64,000 nt of DNA from Aquabacterium sp. A7-Y (GCF_026153205.1 NZ_JAPFBW010000026.1:32315-96314); one strand, 5' to 3'; counted from the first letter of the stretch, positions 26,466-35,976 are shown. Program-made: numbers and translations. Notes: a model not told the origin generated them from the sequence alone.

Positions 26466-27173
26466 ATGCCCCGCACCCCTACCCCACCCGATGCAGACGC
26501 CCGTATCGGCAAGAAGATCGAATACGTCGCCCGTCGCCTGGGCGATCACCTGCAGGCCGAAGGCTTCGAGCGGCATGGCCGCACCCTGGTGCGGACGCGC
26601 GGCGAGGGGCACGGGCTGCACCGGCAGATCCTCCACCTGCAGGGCAGCAAGTGGAACGAGGGCAGCTACGGGGGCTTCTACGTTGCGCTGTCGGTGCTTT
26701 TCCCCAAAGTGAACGCCAGCGTCGCGACCATGCCCTCCCAGGCATGGCGGGCCGATGGCGCCGACTCGATCGACGAGGCAGCGGGGCAGGTGCGCGAGCG
26801 CCTGCACGAGGTGTTGCCGCCCGAAGGCCGGGCCTGGCCGGGCTGGCACGACTTCGGCGAGGTGCGCATCGAGAAGCACTGCGACCTTGACGCCCTGGCG
26901 TCCGACCTGCACGGGCTCCTCATGCAGGGCGCACTGCCCTGGTTCGAACGCCACGGCCGGCTCGAAGCGGTCCGCGATGGCGCCGGCATGCTGGGTGGCA
27001 ACATGCTGGACGTCCTGTGCGCCGCCGCATGGCTGGGGCCTGACGGCGACGCTGAACGTCTGCTGGCGCAGTTTGCGCCGAGGCTGAAGGAAGGCCGTAT
27101 TGCACCGGTCAACGAGCTGGCCGCGTGGCTGCGCTCGCTGGCGTTGGACCCGGCGCCGCTGCTCGGCGCCTAA
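26466..27173 (+). CDS. DUF4304 domain protein
   Basis: Family-like pattern (IGKKIEYVARRL...GFERHGRTL...). The ORF track begins 45 codons too early. Confidence 0.55.
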   Translation: MPRTPTPPDADARIGKKIEYVARRLGDHLQAEGFERHGRTLVRTRGEGHGLHRQILHLQGSKWNEGSYGGFYVALSVLFPKVNASVATMPSQAWRADGADSIDEAAGQVRERLHEVLPPEGRAWPGWHDFGEVRIEKHCDLDALASDLHGLLMQGALPWFERHGRLEAVRDGAGMLGGNMLDVLCAAAWLGPDGDAERLLAQFAPRLKEGRIAPVNELAAWLRSLALDPAPLLGA

Positions 27174-27278
27174 GGATTCACCGGTTCGCACCTCTCTCCG
27201 GGAGGCCGAGATGCGTTCGGCGTCCCCCAACTTGAGGCCTGACCCAGGTCGCAAGCACAGATACAAGGCCCTGAAGCT

Positions 27279-28181
27279 TCACAAGGGCCCGCGCATCAGC
27301 GAAACCACCACCTCCCGAAGCCAGCGATGACCCGCGTGGCCGTGGCTGCGCTCGTGCCAGACCATTCCCACCGGAAAACCCTCCACCGGAATCGGAGGAG
27401 CGACGCTCTTCAGCTTGCCGGAGCGGCCGGCGACCAGCCGCTCTGGAACGAGGGCCACGAAGTCGGACTGCGACACGATCTCGGGCACGGACAGGAAGGA
27501 CGCCGCGGACAGCACCACCTTGCGACGCAGGCCCAGGGCCGCGAGCGTCTCATCCACAGGCGTGGTGAAACCTCCGGCCAAGGAAACGATCACGTGCTCC
27601 AGTCGGACAAACTCCCGGGCCGTCATCCGCTCCTTGAGCGCAGGATGGTTGCGACGGCCGATCAACACGTACCGTTCGTCGAACAGATGCCTGCTGCGCA
27701 GACTCCGCGGGGCAGCGTCGGGGGTCATCAGCACAAGGTCGACATCCCCGCGCACCATCTGGGCCTCCAGCTGCTGCAGATCCAGGTGGCGCAAGGCCAC
27801 CCGCACCCCCGGCGCCTTCTTTCTGAGCGCGATCGCCAGCGGCTTGACCACCGCGACCTGGAGATAGTCGGTGCACGCGATCGTGACCGTCAACTCGGCC
27901 TTCGATGGCTCGAAGCGTTTGTGCTCCTCGACGGCGGCGCGCACCTGATCGAGCGCCAGGCGAAGCGGGCCGAGCAGGTCGAGCGCCTTTGCGGTCGGCG
28001 TCATGCCCCGCTGCGCCGGGATCAGCAGCGTGTCCTCGAAGAGGTCGCGCAACCGGCTCAGTTGAGCGCTCACCGCCGGTTGGCTCAAGTGCAGACGGGC
28101 GGCCGCCTTGGTGACGTTCTGCTCCACGAGCAAGGCCTCCAGCGTCACGAGGAGGTTGAGGTCAAGCCGCTTGCTATCCAT
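27279..28181 (-). CDS. LysR-family transcriptional regulator
   Basis: N-terminal HTH (LNLLVTLEALLVEQNVTKAAARLHLSQPAVSAQLSRLR) plus substrate-binding domain. Divergent from the quinone reductase gene. Confidence 0.85.
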   Translation of the reverse strand: MDSKRLDLNLLVTLEALLVEQNVTKAAARLHLSQPAVSAQLSRLRDLFEDTLLIPAQRGMTPTAKALDLLGPLRLALDQVRAAVEEHKRFEPSKAELTVTIACTDYLQVAVVKPLAIALRKKAPGVRVALRHLDLQQLEAQMVRGDVDLVLMTPDAAPRSLRSRHLFDERYVLIGRRNHPALKERMTAREFVRLEHVIVSLAGGFTTPVDETLAALGLRRKVVLSAASFLSVPEIVSQSDFVALVPERLVAGRSGKLKSVAPPIPVEGFPVGMVWHERSHGHAGHRWLREVVVSLMRGPL

Positions 28182-28291
28182 GCGATGGATAGTAGCCAAT
28201 CCATCTTCCGATTTCACCAATGGGCGGCTGCCGGCCAGACTGGCGCCATGGATCACCTGCTTCTATCAGGAGCGCCTCAGGAGAGTTGTCG

Positions 28292-29098
28292 ATGAAAAAG
28301 GTCTTGATCGTTTTTGCCCATCCGGAGCCCACATCCTTGAACCACCAGCTGGTGGAAACGGCCGTACATGTCTTGCAGCAAGATGGACACGAGGTGCTGC
28401 TGTCCGACCTTTACAGCATGGGCTGGAAAGCCGTCTTCGACGAGCAGGACTTCCCCCTTCGGGCTCATCCGCAGCGACTGTCGTTCATCGAGGAGTCGGG
28501 CCACTCGTACGCGGTGGGACGGCAGGCGCCCGACATCGCCGCGGAGCAGCAGAAGGTGCTGGCCGCCGACGCATTGATCCTCCAGTTCCCGCTGTGGTGG
28601 TTCGGCATGCCGGCCATCCTCAAGGGCTGGATCGATCGCGTCTGGGCCCGCGGGCTGGCCTACGGCTACGAGGGCGCGGGCAACCGCTACCGCTATGGCG
28701 ACGGCGCATTCAAGGGCAAGCGGGCCCTGGTGTCTGTCACGGTCGGCGGCCCCGCGGTGGACTACTCGCCGCGCGGCATCAACGGTCCGCTAGAGCAATT
28801 GCTCTTCCCGATCACCCACGGCACGCTCTTCTACCCCGGGATGGACGTGCTGCCTGTCCACGCCGTCTATGGCGCCGCGCAGCTGAGCGCTCAGGGAGCC
28901 GAGGTGGCCAAGGCGCAATGGGCAGCGCGACTCGAGCGGATTTTCGATGACACGCCGACCCCGTTCCGCCGCCAGAACGGCGGCGACTATCCGGACGGCC
29001 ATGTGCTCGCCCCCGATATCGCGAGCGGACGGAGCGGCTTGCTCGCCCACGTCGCAGACCAGGGGGCCTTGGCGCCAATGAAGCCTGCCGGCACCTGA
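28292..29098 (+). CDS. flavodoxin-like NAD(P)H dehydrogenase (quinone), NQO1/MdaB-like
   Basis: MKKVLIVFAHPEP... and LWWFGMPAILKGWIDRV motifs. AGGAGAG RBS. Confidence 0.8.
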   Translation: MKKVLIVFAHPEPTSLNHQLVETAVHVLQQDGHEVLLSDLYSMGWKAVFDEQDFPLRAHPQRLSFIEESGHSYAVGRQAPDIAAEQQKVLAADALILQFPLWWFGMPAILKGWIDRVWARGLAYGYEGAGNRYRYGDGAFKGKRALVSVTVGGPAVDYSPRGINGPLEQLLFPITHGTLFYPGMDVLPVHAVYGAAQLSAQGAEVAKAQWAARLERIFDDTPTPFRRQNGGDYPDGHVLAPDIASGRSGLLAHVADQGALAPMKPAGT

Positions 29099-29181
29099 AC
29101 GAGCCGCGCCAGAGCGGACATCCGTCCTCATCCTTGAGCCGAGCGCCTTGGCAGACAACAAATCCGACATACGGCCCGGCT

Positions 29182-29790
29182 TCACCGCGGCTCGGAGAAT
29201 CGGACCGACGAGAAGAAGACATCGAACGCGCCTTCGTTCTGCCTGTACGCTGCCGTTGCCTTCGCAGCGCCGCGCGTAGAGGCAGAACCGCATTGGACGT
29301 TCCAGGCATAGCCCGGGGTTTGGGAAAGGTAAGTCTTCGAGACGTAGTCGGCCGTGCTTGCACCCGTTCTTTCCGATGAAGTCGAAGCGGCCCAGTAGGC
29401 AAGGCTGTCCCCCAGCATCGCCTGACCATGGGCCGTTATAGCGACGGGAACCCCTGTGTGGCTGCCGAGGCGGTCGGCAAAGCCTGCTGCGTCGAGAGGC
29501 CGGCTGGCATAGGCGTCGTTCAGCTCCTGCTGGGTGTACTTGCGGAAACGCGCAGGCAGTTCATGTCTGTCGATGCGACACCGCACGGCCACAGTAGCGT
29601 CGCTGTCACTTGCCGGCCTGATGGACACGCCAACACGCCCCGGCTCCTCCTTGACGTGATGTTTCCAGCGGTCAGGAACCGAGAACGCGACACCGACAGC
29701 GGGAAGCGATACATCCCCTGCATCGGCATGAGCGTGAGCAAAGAGGGCGACGACGATCGCGAAGGCGTGATGGCAGGTGGGGGGAGGCAC
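29182..29790 (-). CDS. hypothetical secreted protein
   Basis: N-terminal signal-peptide-like segment. No recognised domain. Confidence 0.4.
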   Translation of the reverse strand: MPPPTCHHAFAIVVALFAHAHADAGDVSLPAVGVAFSVPDRWKHHVKEEPGRVGVSIRPASDSDATVAVRCRIDRHELPARFRKYTQQELNDAYASRPLDAAGFADRLGSHTGVPVAITAHGQAMLGDSLAYWAASTSSERTGASTADYVSKTYLSQTPGYAWNVQCGSASTRGAAKATAAYRQNEGAFDVFFSSVRFSEPR

Positions 29791-29981
29791 AGCAAACTCT
29801 CCGGTGGGGCGTCTCCGTCAATAGGCTGACGCCAAAGCCGTTGATTCTGCTCGGCCCAAGGCCAGTGCGCAAACGCCGAGCCCATTCCCTTGAGCGGAAC
29901 ACTGGCGGCATCAGGTCTTGGTCGGGTCAGCGGTGTGTGTGGTCAGGCTGATACGCATCGAAAAAGGATGGCCGCACCTGC

Positions 29982-30010
29982 TTGACGTAAAAGTGAAGAG
30001 TCTTTACAGT
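29982..30010 (+). promoter_or_regulatory. sigma70-like promoter TTGACG-N17-TACAGT
   Basis: Read directly. There is no annotated gene downstream other than a 63-codon GTG ORF. Confidence 0.4.
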
Positions 30011-30290
30011 TCGCCTTCTCGCTGCAGTGAATGCGGCGAGGACGACTTCAAAACATCCCAACACCGAAGAGTTCATCGTGCACCGCCAAGGCCACATCGC
30101 AAACAGCTCACTGCCCCTGCAGGGCCAGTGCCGGTTCGTGCGCGCCGCCTCTGGCAAGGCCAAGGCGGTCCTCACGTTGAACGAAAAACGGCATCCGCTC
30201 CAGAGCCAGCGAGCGACTTGGTCGCTGGGCGACGAGGATGGGAAACATCCGGGCGAGGGAGGCGCGTAAGGCGCACACCCTCCACTCGAT

Positions 30291-30324
30291 CACAGGTCGA
30301 GGCCCGGATTCCGAAAGGATCCGG
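30291..30324 (+). terminator. rho-independent terminator (GGCCCGGATtccgaaaggATCCGGGCC plus T6)
   Basis: Strong GC stem followed by TTTTTTG. Confidence 0.65.
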
Positions 30325-30474
30325 GCCTTTTTTGCTTTTCCGAGCCGGTCGGCAACCGGCTCACTGCCGCGTCCCACGCAGGACGCACCGGTGCGCCATG
30401 GCGCACCGGACTGCTCTTTGACAAGTTGCCGCGAACACGCCTGCACCACTGGGTGCGGCCCGTGTTCGCACTCA

Positions 30475-30550
30475 GCGGATATAGCTCAGCAGGCAGCGCC
30501 CGGTCACGCCATGGCCGAGGCCCCGAGTTCGATGCCCGGTATCCGCTCCA
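30475..30550 (+). tRNA. degenerate tRNA-like element (cloverleaf with GCC anticodon, C33, one mismatch in the D stem and one in the T stem, CCA encoded); probable tRNA pseudogene
   Basis: Hand-folded: acceptor GCGGATA/TATCCGC, D arm GCTC..GCGC, anticodon stem CGGTC/GGCCG with loop ACGCCAT, T loop TTCGATG. Confidence 0.4.
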
Positions 30551-30644
30551 TGACATCTCATTGCGGGTGTGTTCCGGTGCGCTTGCGCAGCGAGAGCACT
30601 TCACGGCCGGGAACCGCGGTCGTGCTGGAGCACAGCCGCAATGA

Positions 30645-30848
30645 AATCGCGACCCCCACGTCGACGAGCACGTGTTCCGCTTCGCGCAGCACTGGGCGGA
30701 CACCTGGTGCTCGAACCCGGCGTTCTGGCTCGAGGTGGCCGACACGCCAAACGGATTGAAGCTTCTGGAGATCAACGCCATCAACTCCAGTGGCTTCTAC
30801 GCCTGCGACATGGGGAAGTTCGTGAACGCCATCAATGCCCTGGTCTGA
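30645..30848 (+). pseudogene. C-terminal gene remnant (about 67 codons, no start), ATP-grasp-like C-terminus
   Basis: Frame-0 translation ...FWLEVADTPNGLKLLEINAINSSGFYACDMGKFVNAINALV* with an in-frame stop immediately upstream. Confidence 0.3.
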
Positions 30849-31061
30849 AGGAGCCGTCCGTGCGCTCTTTCCTGCCTGCGGCGGGTATGCCGAAGGAATC
30901 GCGCCTCAGTGGATGCACTGCAGGCGCTCATGAATCTGCTGTGGAAGGCGATCGCTCACAGGCCAGGGGCTCGGGCTGATGCTCTGCCCCGCCGGTGTGC
31001 GGTGTCCGGACCGCAAGTCTGTCGTCGCCGCACATGCCGCGCCGCCGGAAGCAGCCGATAC

Positions 31062-31113
31062 GGGTCATCGAGGGTTCGCACTGCAAGGTGCCGGGTTCGA
31101 CTCCCGGATGACC
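31062..31113 (+). other. tRNA 3'-half-like fragment (T arm GCCGGGTTCGACTCCCGG flanked by GGTCATC/GATGACC)
   Basis: Read directly. Does not form a complete cloverleaf. Confidence 0.3.
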
Positions 31114-31117
31114 GAAA

Positions 31118-31190
31118 GCTTGGATAGCTCAGTGGGTAGAGCAACGCACACCTCATGCGTCTGTCACGGGTTCGACTCCCGTTCCAAACC
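31118..31190 (+). tRNA. degenerate tRNA-like element (perfect D and T arms; anticodon loop CACCTCA with A33; acceptor mismatch; no CCA); probable pseudogene
   Basis: Hand-folded: GCTTGGA-TA-GCTCAGTGGGTAGAGC-A-ACGCA/CACCTCA/TGCGT-CTGTC-ACGGGTTCGACTCCCGT-TCCAAAC. Confidence 0.4.
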
Positions 31191-31432
31191 AGCAAGGGCC
31201 GCAAGGCCACCCGCCGAACGTGGGCCGCAGGATGGGCCCATCAGCGGCGGCCGCTCCGCACGACGGGCAAGCGGGGCTCCGCGTCCAGGGCCAGCCGAGG
31301 CGGTCTCGATCGGGAGGGAGACCGCCGACGCGCACCCTGGCACCCGGGCCCTGGCATTCGTCGTCCGCGGCCGCTGCTGTAACGGCACCCATTTCATAAC
31401 AACCGACACGCCAGACCACAAGGAGAACCGAC

Positions 31433-32569
31433 ATGAAGATCAAGCGTGTGACCGTCAAGAAAAACGAGCGCGGCCTGCTGCTGCGCAACGGAGATTTCGA
31501 GCGCGTGCTGCAGCCGGGCACGCACTGGCTGTTCGACGGCATGGACCAGCTGCGCGTGGAACTGTTCGCACAGGAACAGCCCGCGTTCACCCATGCGCTG
31601 GTGGACTACCTGATGGCCAAGGAGCCCGAGGTGGTCACCGCCGAGTTCGTGCGCGTGGAGCTCAACGAACACCAGGTGGGCCTGCGCAGCGAGAACGGCG
31701 TGCTGGTCGAAGTGCTGCCGCCGGCGACCCGCAAGCTGTACTGGAAGGGGTTGGTGGATGTTCGGGTGGAGGTGATCGACATCGCCGACTCGGCCGAAGC
31801 GCCGGCGTCGGTGGTGGCGCGCCTGGTGCAGACCCAGCTGCGTCAGCGTGCCGTGCAAGGACTGGCCGGCGTGCTGCAGGTGCAGGTGCCCGAGTACGGC
31901 GCCGGCATCGTGTGGATCGACGGCAAGATCGCCCGCGTGCTGGGGCCCGGCTCGTACGCCTTCTGGAAGTTCAACCGCAACGTCGTGGTGGAGCTGGTGG
32001 ACCTGCGACTGCAGGCGGTGGAGGTGTCGGGCCAGGAGATCCTGACCCGAGACAAGGTGGCCCTGCGCCTGAACCTCTCGGCCACCTGGCGCTTCACCGA
32101 CGTGCTCGCCGCCTACACCCGGCTGGCCAAGCCCGCGGAGCACCTGTACCGCGAGCTGCAGCTCGGCCTGCGTGCGGCCGTCGGCACGCGTTCGCTCGAC
32201 GACTTGCTGGAGAACAAGCGGGTGATCGACGAGGTCGTGACCGCCCAGGTACGCAGCAAGCTCTCGGCTTATGGGCTGGAGCTGGACGGCGTCGGCGTGA
32301 AGGACATCGTGCTGCCTGGCGAGATGAAGACCATCCTCGCCCAGGTGGTCGAGGCCGGGAAGTCGGCCGAAGCCAACGTCATCCGTCGCCGTGAAGAAAC
32401 CGCCGCGACCCGCTCGCTGCTCAACACGGCCAAGGTGATGGAGGACAACCCCGTCGCCCTGCGCCTGAAGGAGCTGGAGACGCTGGAACGCGTGGCCGAG
32501 CGCATCGACAAGATCTCGGTCTTCGGCGGTCTGGACCAGGTGCTCAACGGTCTGGTGAAGCTGCGTTGA
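31433..32569 (+). CDS. SPFH/band-7 (stomatin/prohibitin-like) domain protein
   Basis: 378 aa with SPFH-like core and coiled-coil C-terminus. AGGAGA RBS. Confidence 0.75.
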   Translation: MKIKRVTVKKNERGLLLRNGDFERVLQPGTHWLFDGMDQLRVELFAQEQPAFTHALVDYLMAKEPEVVTAEFVRVELNEHQVGLRSENGVLVEVLPPATRKLYWKGLVDVRVEVIDIADSAEAPASVVARLVQTQLRQRAVQGLAGVLQVQVPEYGAGIVWIDGKIARVLGPGSYAFWKFNRNVVVELVDLRLQAVEVSGQEILTRDKVALRLNLSATWRFTDVLAAYTRLAKPAEHLYRELQLGLRAAVGTRSLDDLLENKRVIDEVVTAQVRSKLSAYGLELDGVGVKDIVLPGEMKTILAQVVEAGKSAEANVIRRREETAATRSLLNTAKVMEDNPVALRLKELETLERVAERIDKISVFGGLDQVLNGLVKLR

Positions 32570-32593
32570 GCACGCTCCGGGATGCAGCTTGCA

Positions 32594-32619
32594 GGGCGCC
32601 GGAAGGCGCCCTTTTTTTC
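32594..32619 (+). terminator. rho-independent terminator GGGCGCCggaaGGCGCCC plus T7
   Basis: Immediately after the SPFH gene stop. Confidence 0.7.
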
Positions 32620-32685
32620 TTGTTGGCTCGGGGCGCCTCTACACTGCCGGTATCCAGGAACATCGAGACAGGGAGAAACCTCGCG

Positions 32686-32910
32686 ATGCAGGCGCCAAAT
32701 GTCCCGCCGGGCCGCTACCGGCACTACAAGGGCCAGTTCTACGAAGTCATCGGCGTTGCGCGCCATTCCGAAACCGAGGAGTGGCACGTGGTCTACCGAA
32801 CGCTCTATGGCGACATGAGCCTGTGGCTCAGGCCGGCCTCGATGTTCACGGAATCGGTCGAGGTGGACGGCCGGCAAATCCCCCGCTTCGAGCGCGTGGA
32901 CGACCGGTAG
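32686..32910 (+). CDS. DUF1653 domain protein
   Basis: YRHYKGQFYEVIGVARHSETEEWHVVYRTLYGD pattern. GGGAGA RBS. The track ORF over-extends the N-terminus. Confidence 0.6.
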   Translation: MQAPNVPPGRYRHYKGQFYEVIGVARHSETEEWHVVYRTLYGDMSLWLRPASMFTESVEVDGRQIPRFERVDDR

Positions 32911-32983
32911 CTGGCGCGCTTCCCTGCAATGGCACACCAGTCCCCCTGTCATCAGCCCGCGCCACGCCCCGCCGCCCCTTGCC

Positions 32984-33583
32984 ATGATGCCCGTGTCCGC
33001 CTTGCTCGCCGCCCTTCGGTCGGCGGGCCTCCCCACCGCTGACGCCGCCGCCGCGGCACTCGCCCCCCGTTTCGTGCCGCAGGATCTGGCCCGGTCCACG
33101 CCCTTGTTGCGCCAAGGGGAGGTCTGGCGCTTCGCCTTGGTCGTCGAGACCGGCCTGGTGCGCATGCACTTCCTGCGCCGTGACGGCCGCGAGTTCAACA
33201 AGAACTTTTTTGCCGAAGGCGCCTTGGTGTGCCCGGTGACACCCGCGATGTGGACCGGGCCTTCGCTGTTCGGCATCACCACCATCGAAGCCACGCGCAT
33301 CTGGCGCTGCGACGCCGAGGAGTTTCGCGAGGGTTTGGCCGCACACGGCCAGTGGTCGCCCTTGCAAAGCGAACTGCTGGTGAAGCTGCTGACGGGCAAG
33401 CTGCAGCGTGAACACGACCTGTTGGCGCTGGACGGCCGGCGGCGCTACGAGACCTTCTGCCAGCGCTTCCCGCATCTCGCCGCCCGCGTGCCGCTGGTGC
33501 ATCTGGCCACCTACCTGGGACTGACCGACGTGTCGCTGTCGCGCCTGCGTCGCGCTCAGCGCGAGAGCGCGCCCGTGGCCTGA
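32984..33583 (+). CDS. Crp/Fnr-family transcriptional regulator
   Basis: cNMP-binding-like domain plus C-terminal HTH (VPLVHLATYLGLTDVSLSRLRR). Confidence 0.7.
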   Translation: MMPVSALLAALRSAGLPTADAAAAALAPRFVPQDLARSTPLLRQGEVWRFALVVETGLVRMHFLRRDGREFNKNFFAEGALVCPVTPAMWTGPSLFGITTIEATRIWRCDAEEFREGLAAHGQWSPLQSELLVKLLTGKLQREHDLLALDGRRRYETFCQRFPHLAARVPLVHLATYLGLTDVSLSRLRRAQRESAPVA

Positions 33584-33664
33584 CCTGATCATTTGTTAAG
33601 GCACGGTCGGCCCGCTGCCACGAAGCTCTCGCTCAGCGCGCTGACGCTGAAAAAGGAGTGAACC

Positions 33665-34522
33665 GTGAAGCATCCAAGGACCGTCGCAGCCACCCTGGGC
33701 ACGGCCGCCGCCGTCGCCACCATCGCCGTGTGGGCGCTGTCAGCGCGTACCGAGGCGGACATCGCCGCGCACCGAAACGGTCTGGAGAAGCAGGGAGCGG
33801 CCGCGGCCAGCCGGCCGCCGAGCGCCGACCAGGTATCGGCCCTGCCGGCGCCGGTGCAGCGTTTTGTCCGATTCACCTTCCCCGGGCCCGTGCCCTCGTT
33901 CACACATGTCGAACTCGACATGGAGGGACGCTTCCGCCGCCCCAAGACGACCGATTTCATGCCGACGACGGCGAGCCAGTCGGTGGCAGTCGCCACGCCG
34001 GCCCTGGTGTTCGCGGCCACCACGCCTATCCTGCCTGGTGTGTGGGCGCGGGCCTACGACGCGTATGTCGACGGCAGGATGGAGATGAAAGCCAAGATCA
34101 TGTCGGCCGTCGCGGTGGTCGACGAGGTCTCGACGCCGGAGCTGGACCGCATTTCGCTGCGCCGCTGGCTGCTGGAGAGCCCGCTATATCCGATGGCCCT
34201 GTTGCCCGGCGGCCCGGTGCGCTGGGAGCCGGTGGACGAGCATCGCGCCCGTGCCGTGGTCGAGTACCGCGGCATGACGGCGTCCCTGATCGCGACCTTT
34301 GGGGCGGACGGCCGGCTGACGCGCTTCGACGCCGAAGCCGATGGCGACCTCGACACGCCGTATCACGGCTCGGGCGAGCATGTGGCACGCGACGACTACC
34401 AGCCGGTCGAGGGCATGATGATCCCGATGAAGTTTGTCATCGCGCGGGCAGCCGGCGGGCAGGTGTACCCGTTCTGGGAGGGCCGGGTCACGCGCATTCG
34501 TTTTGCCAAGGCCGGCGCCTGA
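33665..34522 (+). CDS. hypothetical membrane-anchored or secreted protein
   Basis: GTG start with AAGGAG RBS. N-terminal hydrophobic segment. Confidence 0.45.
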   Translation: MKHPRTVAATLGTAAAVATIAVWALSARTEADIAAHRNGLEKQGAAAASRPPSADQVSALPAPVQRFVRFTFPGPVPSFTHVELDMEGRFRRPKTTDFMPTTASQSVAVATPALVFAATTPILPGVWARAYDAYVDGRMEMKAKIMSAVAVVDEVSTPELDRISLRRWLLESPLYPMALLPGGPVRWEPVDEHRARAVVEYRGMTASLIATFGADGRLTRFDAEADGDLDTPYHGSGEHVARDDYQPVEGMMIPMKFVIARAAGGQVYPFWEGRVTRIRFAKAGA

Positions 34523-34609
34523 TCGCCGCGGGCGCCCTCGCGAGCGCCGCCGCGCTGAGAGGGCCGCCGCCCCCCCCCGTTCGCTCCGTGAGTGACCTCG
34601 GGCGATCCT

Positions 34610-35167
34610 TCAGGCGCGCTGCCTGCCTTGCGCCCTGCGACGAGCCAGCAAGGCAACGACGCCACCGAGCATCAGGGCATAGGTGCTGGGCTCCGGCACG
34701 GGCCCCAGCGGCGTGAAGACGTACCAGGCACCGCCGCCATAGTCACAGCCAAACTGGCAGGGTGTGGCAGTGACTCCGAGCGTATACGTCGTGTTCGCCT
34801 CCAGCAGCAGCCTCACCTGCCCCTCCGCGCGTTGACTTCCTGTCGTCGAATCCCTGTGCCCGATACCAGGGACGTAGCTGTCCCAGCTGATCTTCGCGCC
34901 GTTGAGCGTGAGCACTTCGAAGTTGTCGCCCGGGAAACCGATGTCCTCCAGCTTGAGCTGGACCCATTGTTGCTGCGCTCCGGTGACCAGACGCCAGGTG
35001 TCAATGTAAGGGTCACCCGGATAGATGGGGTCCCACCCCCATGTGATATAGCCGGCACCTCCGGCATAAGGGTCGACGTCGATCACGTCGCCGGTGAACT
35101 CCTGCGCAACCGCAGGAAGCATGAACACGGCGGCAGCAGCAGCCGCGATGATTTTTCTCACTGCCAT
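34610..35167 (-). CDS. PEP-CTERM sorting-domain secreted protein
   Basis: Signal peptide. C-terminal VPEPSTYALMLGGVVALLARRRAQ. AGAGAGGA RBS. Confidence 0.7.
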   Translation of the reverse strand: MAVRKIIAAAAAAVFMLPAVAQEFTGDVIDVDPYAGGAGYITWGWDPIYPGDPYIDTWRLVTGAQQQWVQLKLEDIGFPGDNFEVLTLNGAKISWDSYVPGIGHRDSTTGSQRAEGQVRLLLEANTTYTLGVTATPCQFGCDYGGGAWYVFTPLGPVPEPSTYALMLGGVVALLARRRAQGRQRA

Positions 35168-35332
35168 GGCATCCTCTCTGTTCGTTGGGGTTCATAGGCT
35201 GCGGGACTTTGACCGCGCAGCCGAAGCGACTATAGAGAGGAAGCGGAAAAAGGACTGTAAAGACTTACGCCCCCAGGGAGCCACGAGCCTTTGCAGCCCG
35301 CACTGGTCATGTAGTTCCTATTGCCAGCGATC

Positions 35333-35352
35333 ATTTCTGTATTGACAGAAAT
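35333..35352. promoter_or_regulatory. operator-like palindrome ATTTCTGT-attg-ACAGAAAT overlapping a TTGACA -35 box upstream of the GbsR-type repressor gene
   Basis: Read directly. A second copy lies at 35957-35976. Confidence 0.5.
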
Positions 35353-35376
35353 ACCAGAAAGGTTAAGCTCAAGGCC

Positions 35377-35928
35377 ATGGAACTGACTGACACCGGACGT
35401 CGCTTCGTCCTGCATTGGGGCGAGATGGGTACCGCATGGGGCGTGAACCGGACAGTTGCGCAGATTCATGCCCTGCTGTTCTTTCACGGCCGGCCCTTGA
35501 ATGCCGAAGAGATCTCGGCGACCCTCGGTGCGGCACGCTCCAACGTGAGCACCAGCTTGAAGGAGCTGCAGAACTGGAACCTGGTGCGGGTGACCCATGT
35601 GCTGGGCGACCGACGCGACTTCTTCGAAACGTCGCATGACGTATGGGAGCTGTTCCGAACCGTGGTGCGCGAGAGAAAGCTGCGCGAGTTCGACCCCACC
35701 GTCCGGTTGCTTCAACAGCTCACTGCCCAGCCGGGCTTCGAGAATGAGCCGGCCGATGTACAGGACCGCATCCGAGAGACCCTGCGTTTCATGGAGGCGC
35801 TCGAGTCTTGGAGCAGTGAGATGTTGCGGCTCTCTCCTGGCACCCTTGAAAAGATGCTTCGGATGGGCGCCGCGGTGCAGCGCTTCCTGCGTCCCTCTGA
35901 AAGCATGGGCGCCGACACGACTCCCTAA
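35377..35928 (+). CDS. GbsR/MarR-type winged-helix transcriptional regulator
   Basis: GbsR-like N-terminus (GEMGTAWGVNRTVAQIHALLFF...PLNAEEISATLGAARSNVSTSLKEL...GDRRDFF). Confidence 0.7.
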   Translation: MELTDTGRRFVLHWGEMGTAWGVNRTVAQIHALLFFHGRPLNAEEISATLGAARSNVSTSLKELQNWNLVRVTHVLGDRRDFFETSHDVWELFRTVVRERKLREFDPTVRLLQQLTAQPGFENEPADVQDRIRETLRFMEALESWSSEMLRLSPGTLEKMLRMGAAVQRFLRPSESMGADTTP

Positions 35929-35956
35929 GAACACGTCAACCTTTTTTTGCCCCACC

Positions 35957-35976
35957 ATTTCTGTTGAGACAGAAAA
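35957..35976. promoter_or_regulatory. second copy of the palindrome ATTTCTGT-tgag-ACAGAAAa, upstream of the membrane-protein gene
   Basis: Read directly. Confidence 0.5.

Noticed and set aside
31040-31200. tmRNA (ssrA) tRNA-like domain
   Set aside because: GGGTTCGACTCCC T-arm motifs prompted the idea. No tag-peptide reading frame or pseudoknot region is present, and a second near-complete cloverleaf follows, so degenerate tRNAs fit better.
30979-32394. 471-aa plus-strand ORF overlapping the tRNA-like region and the SPFH gene in another frame
   Set aside because: Arg/Gly/Ala-rich junk translation that runs through structured RNA-like elements and overlaps the well-supported SPFH gene out of frame.
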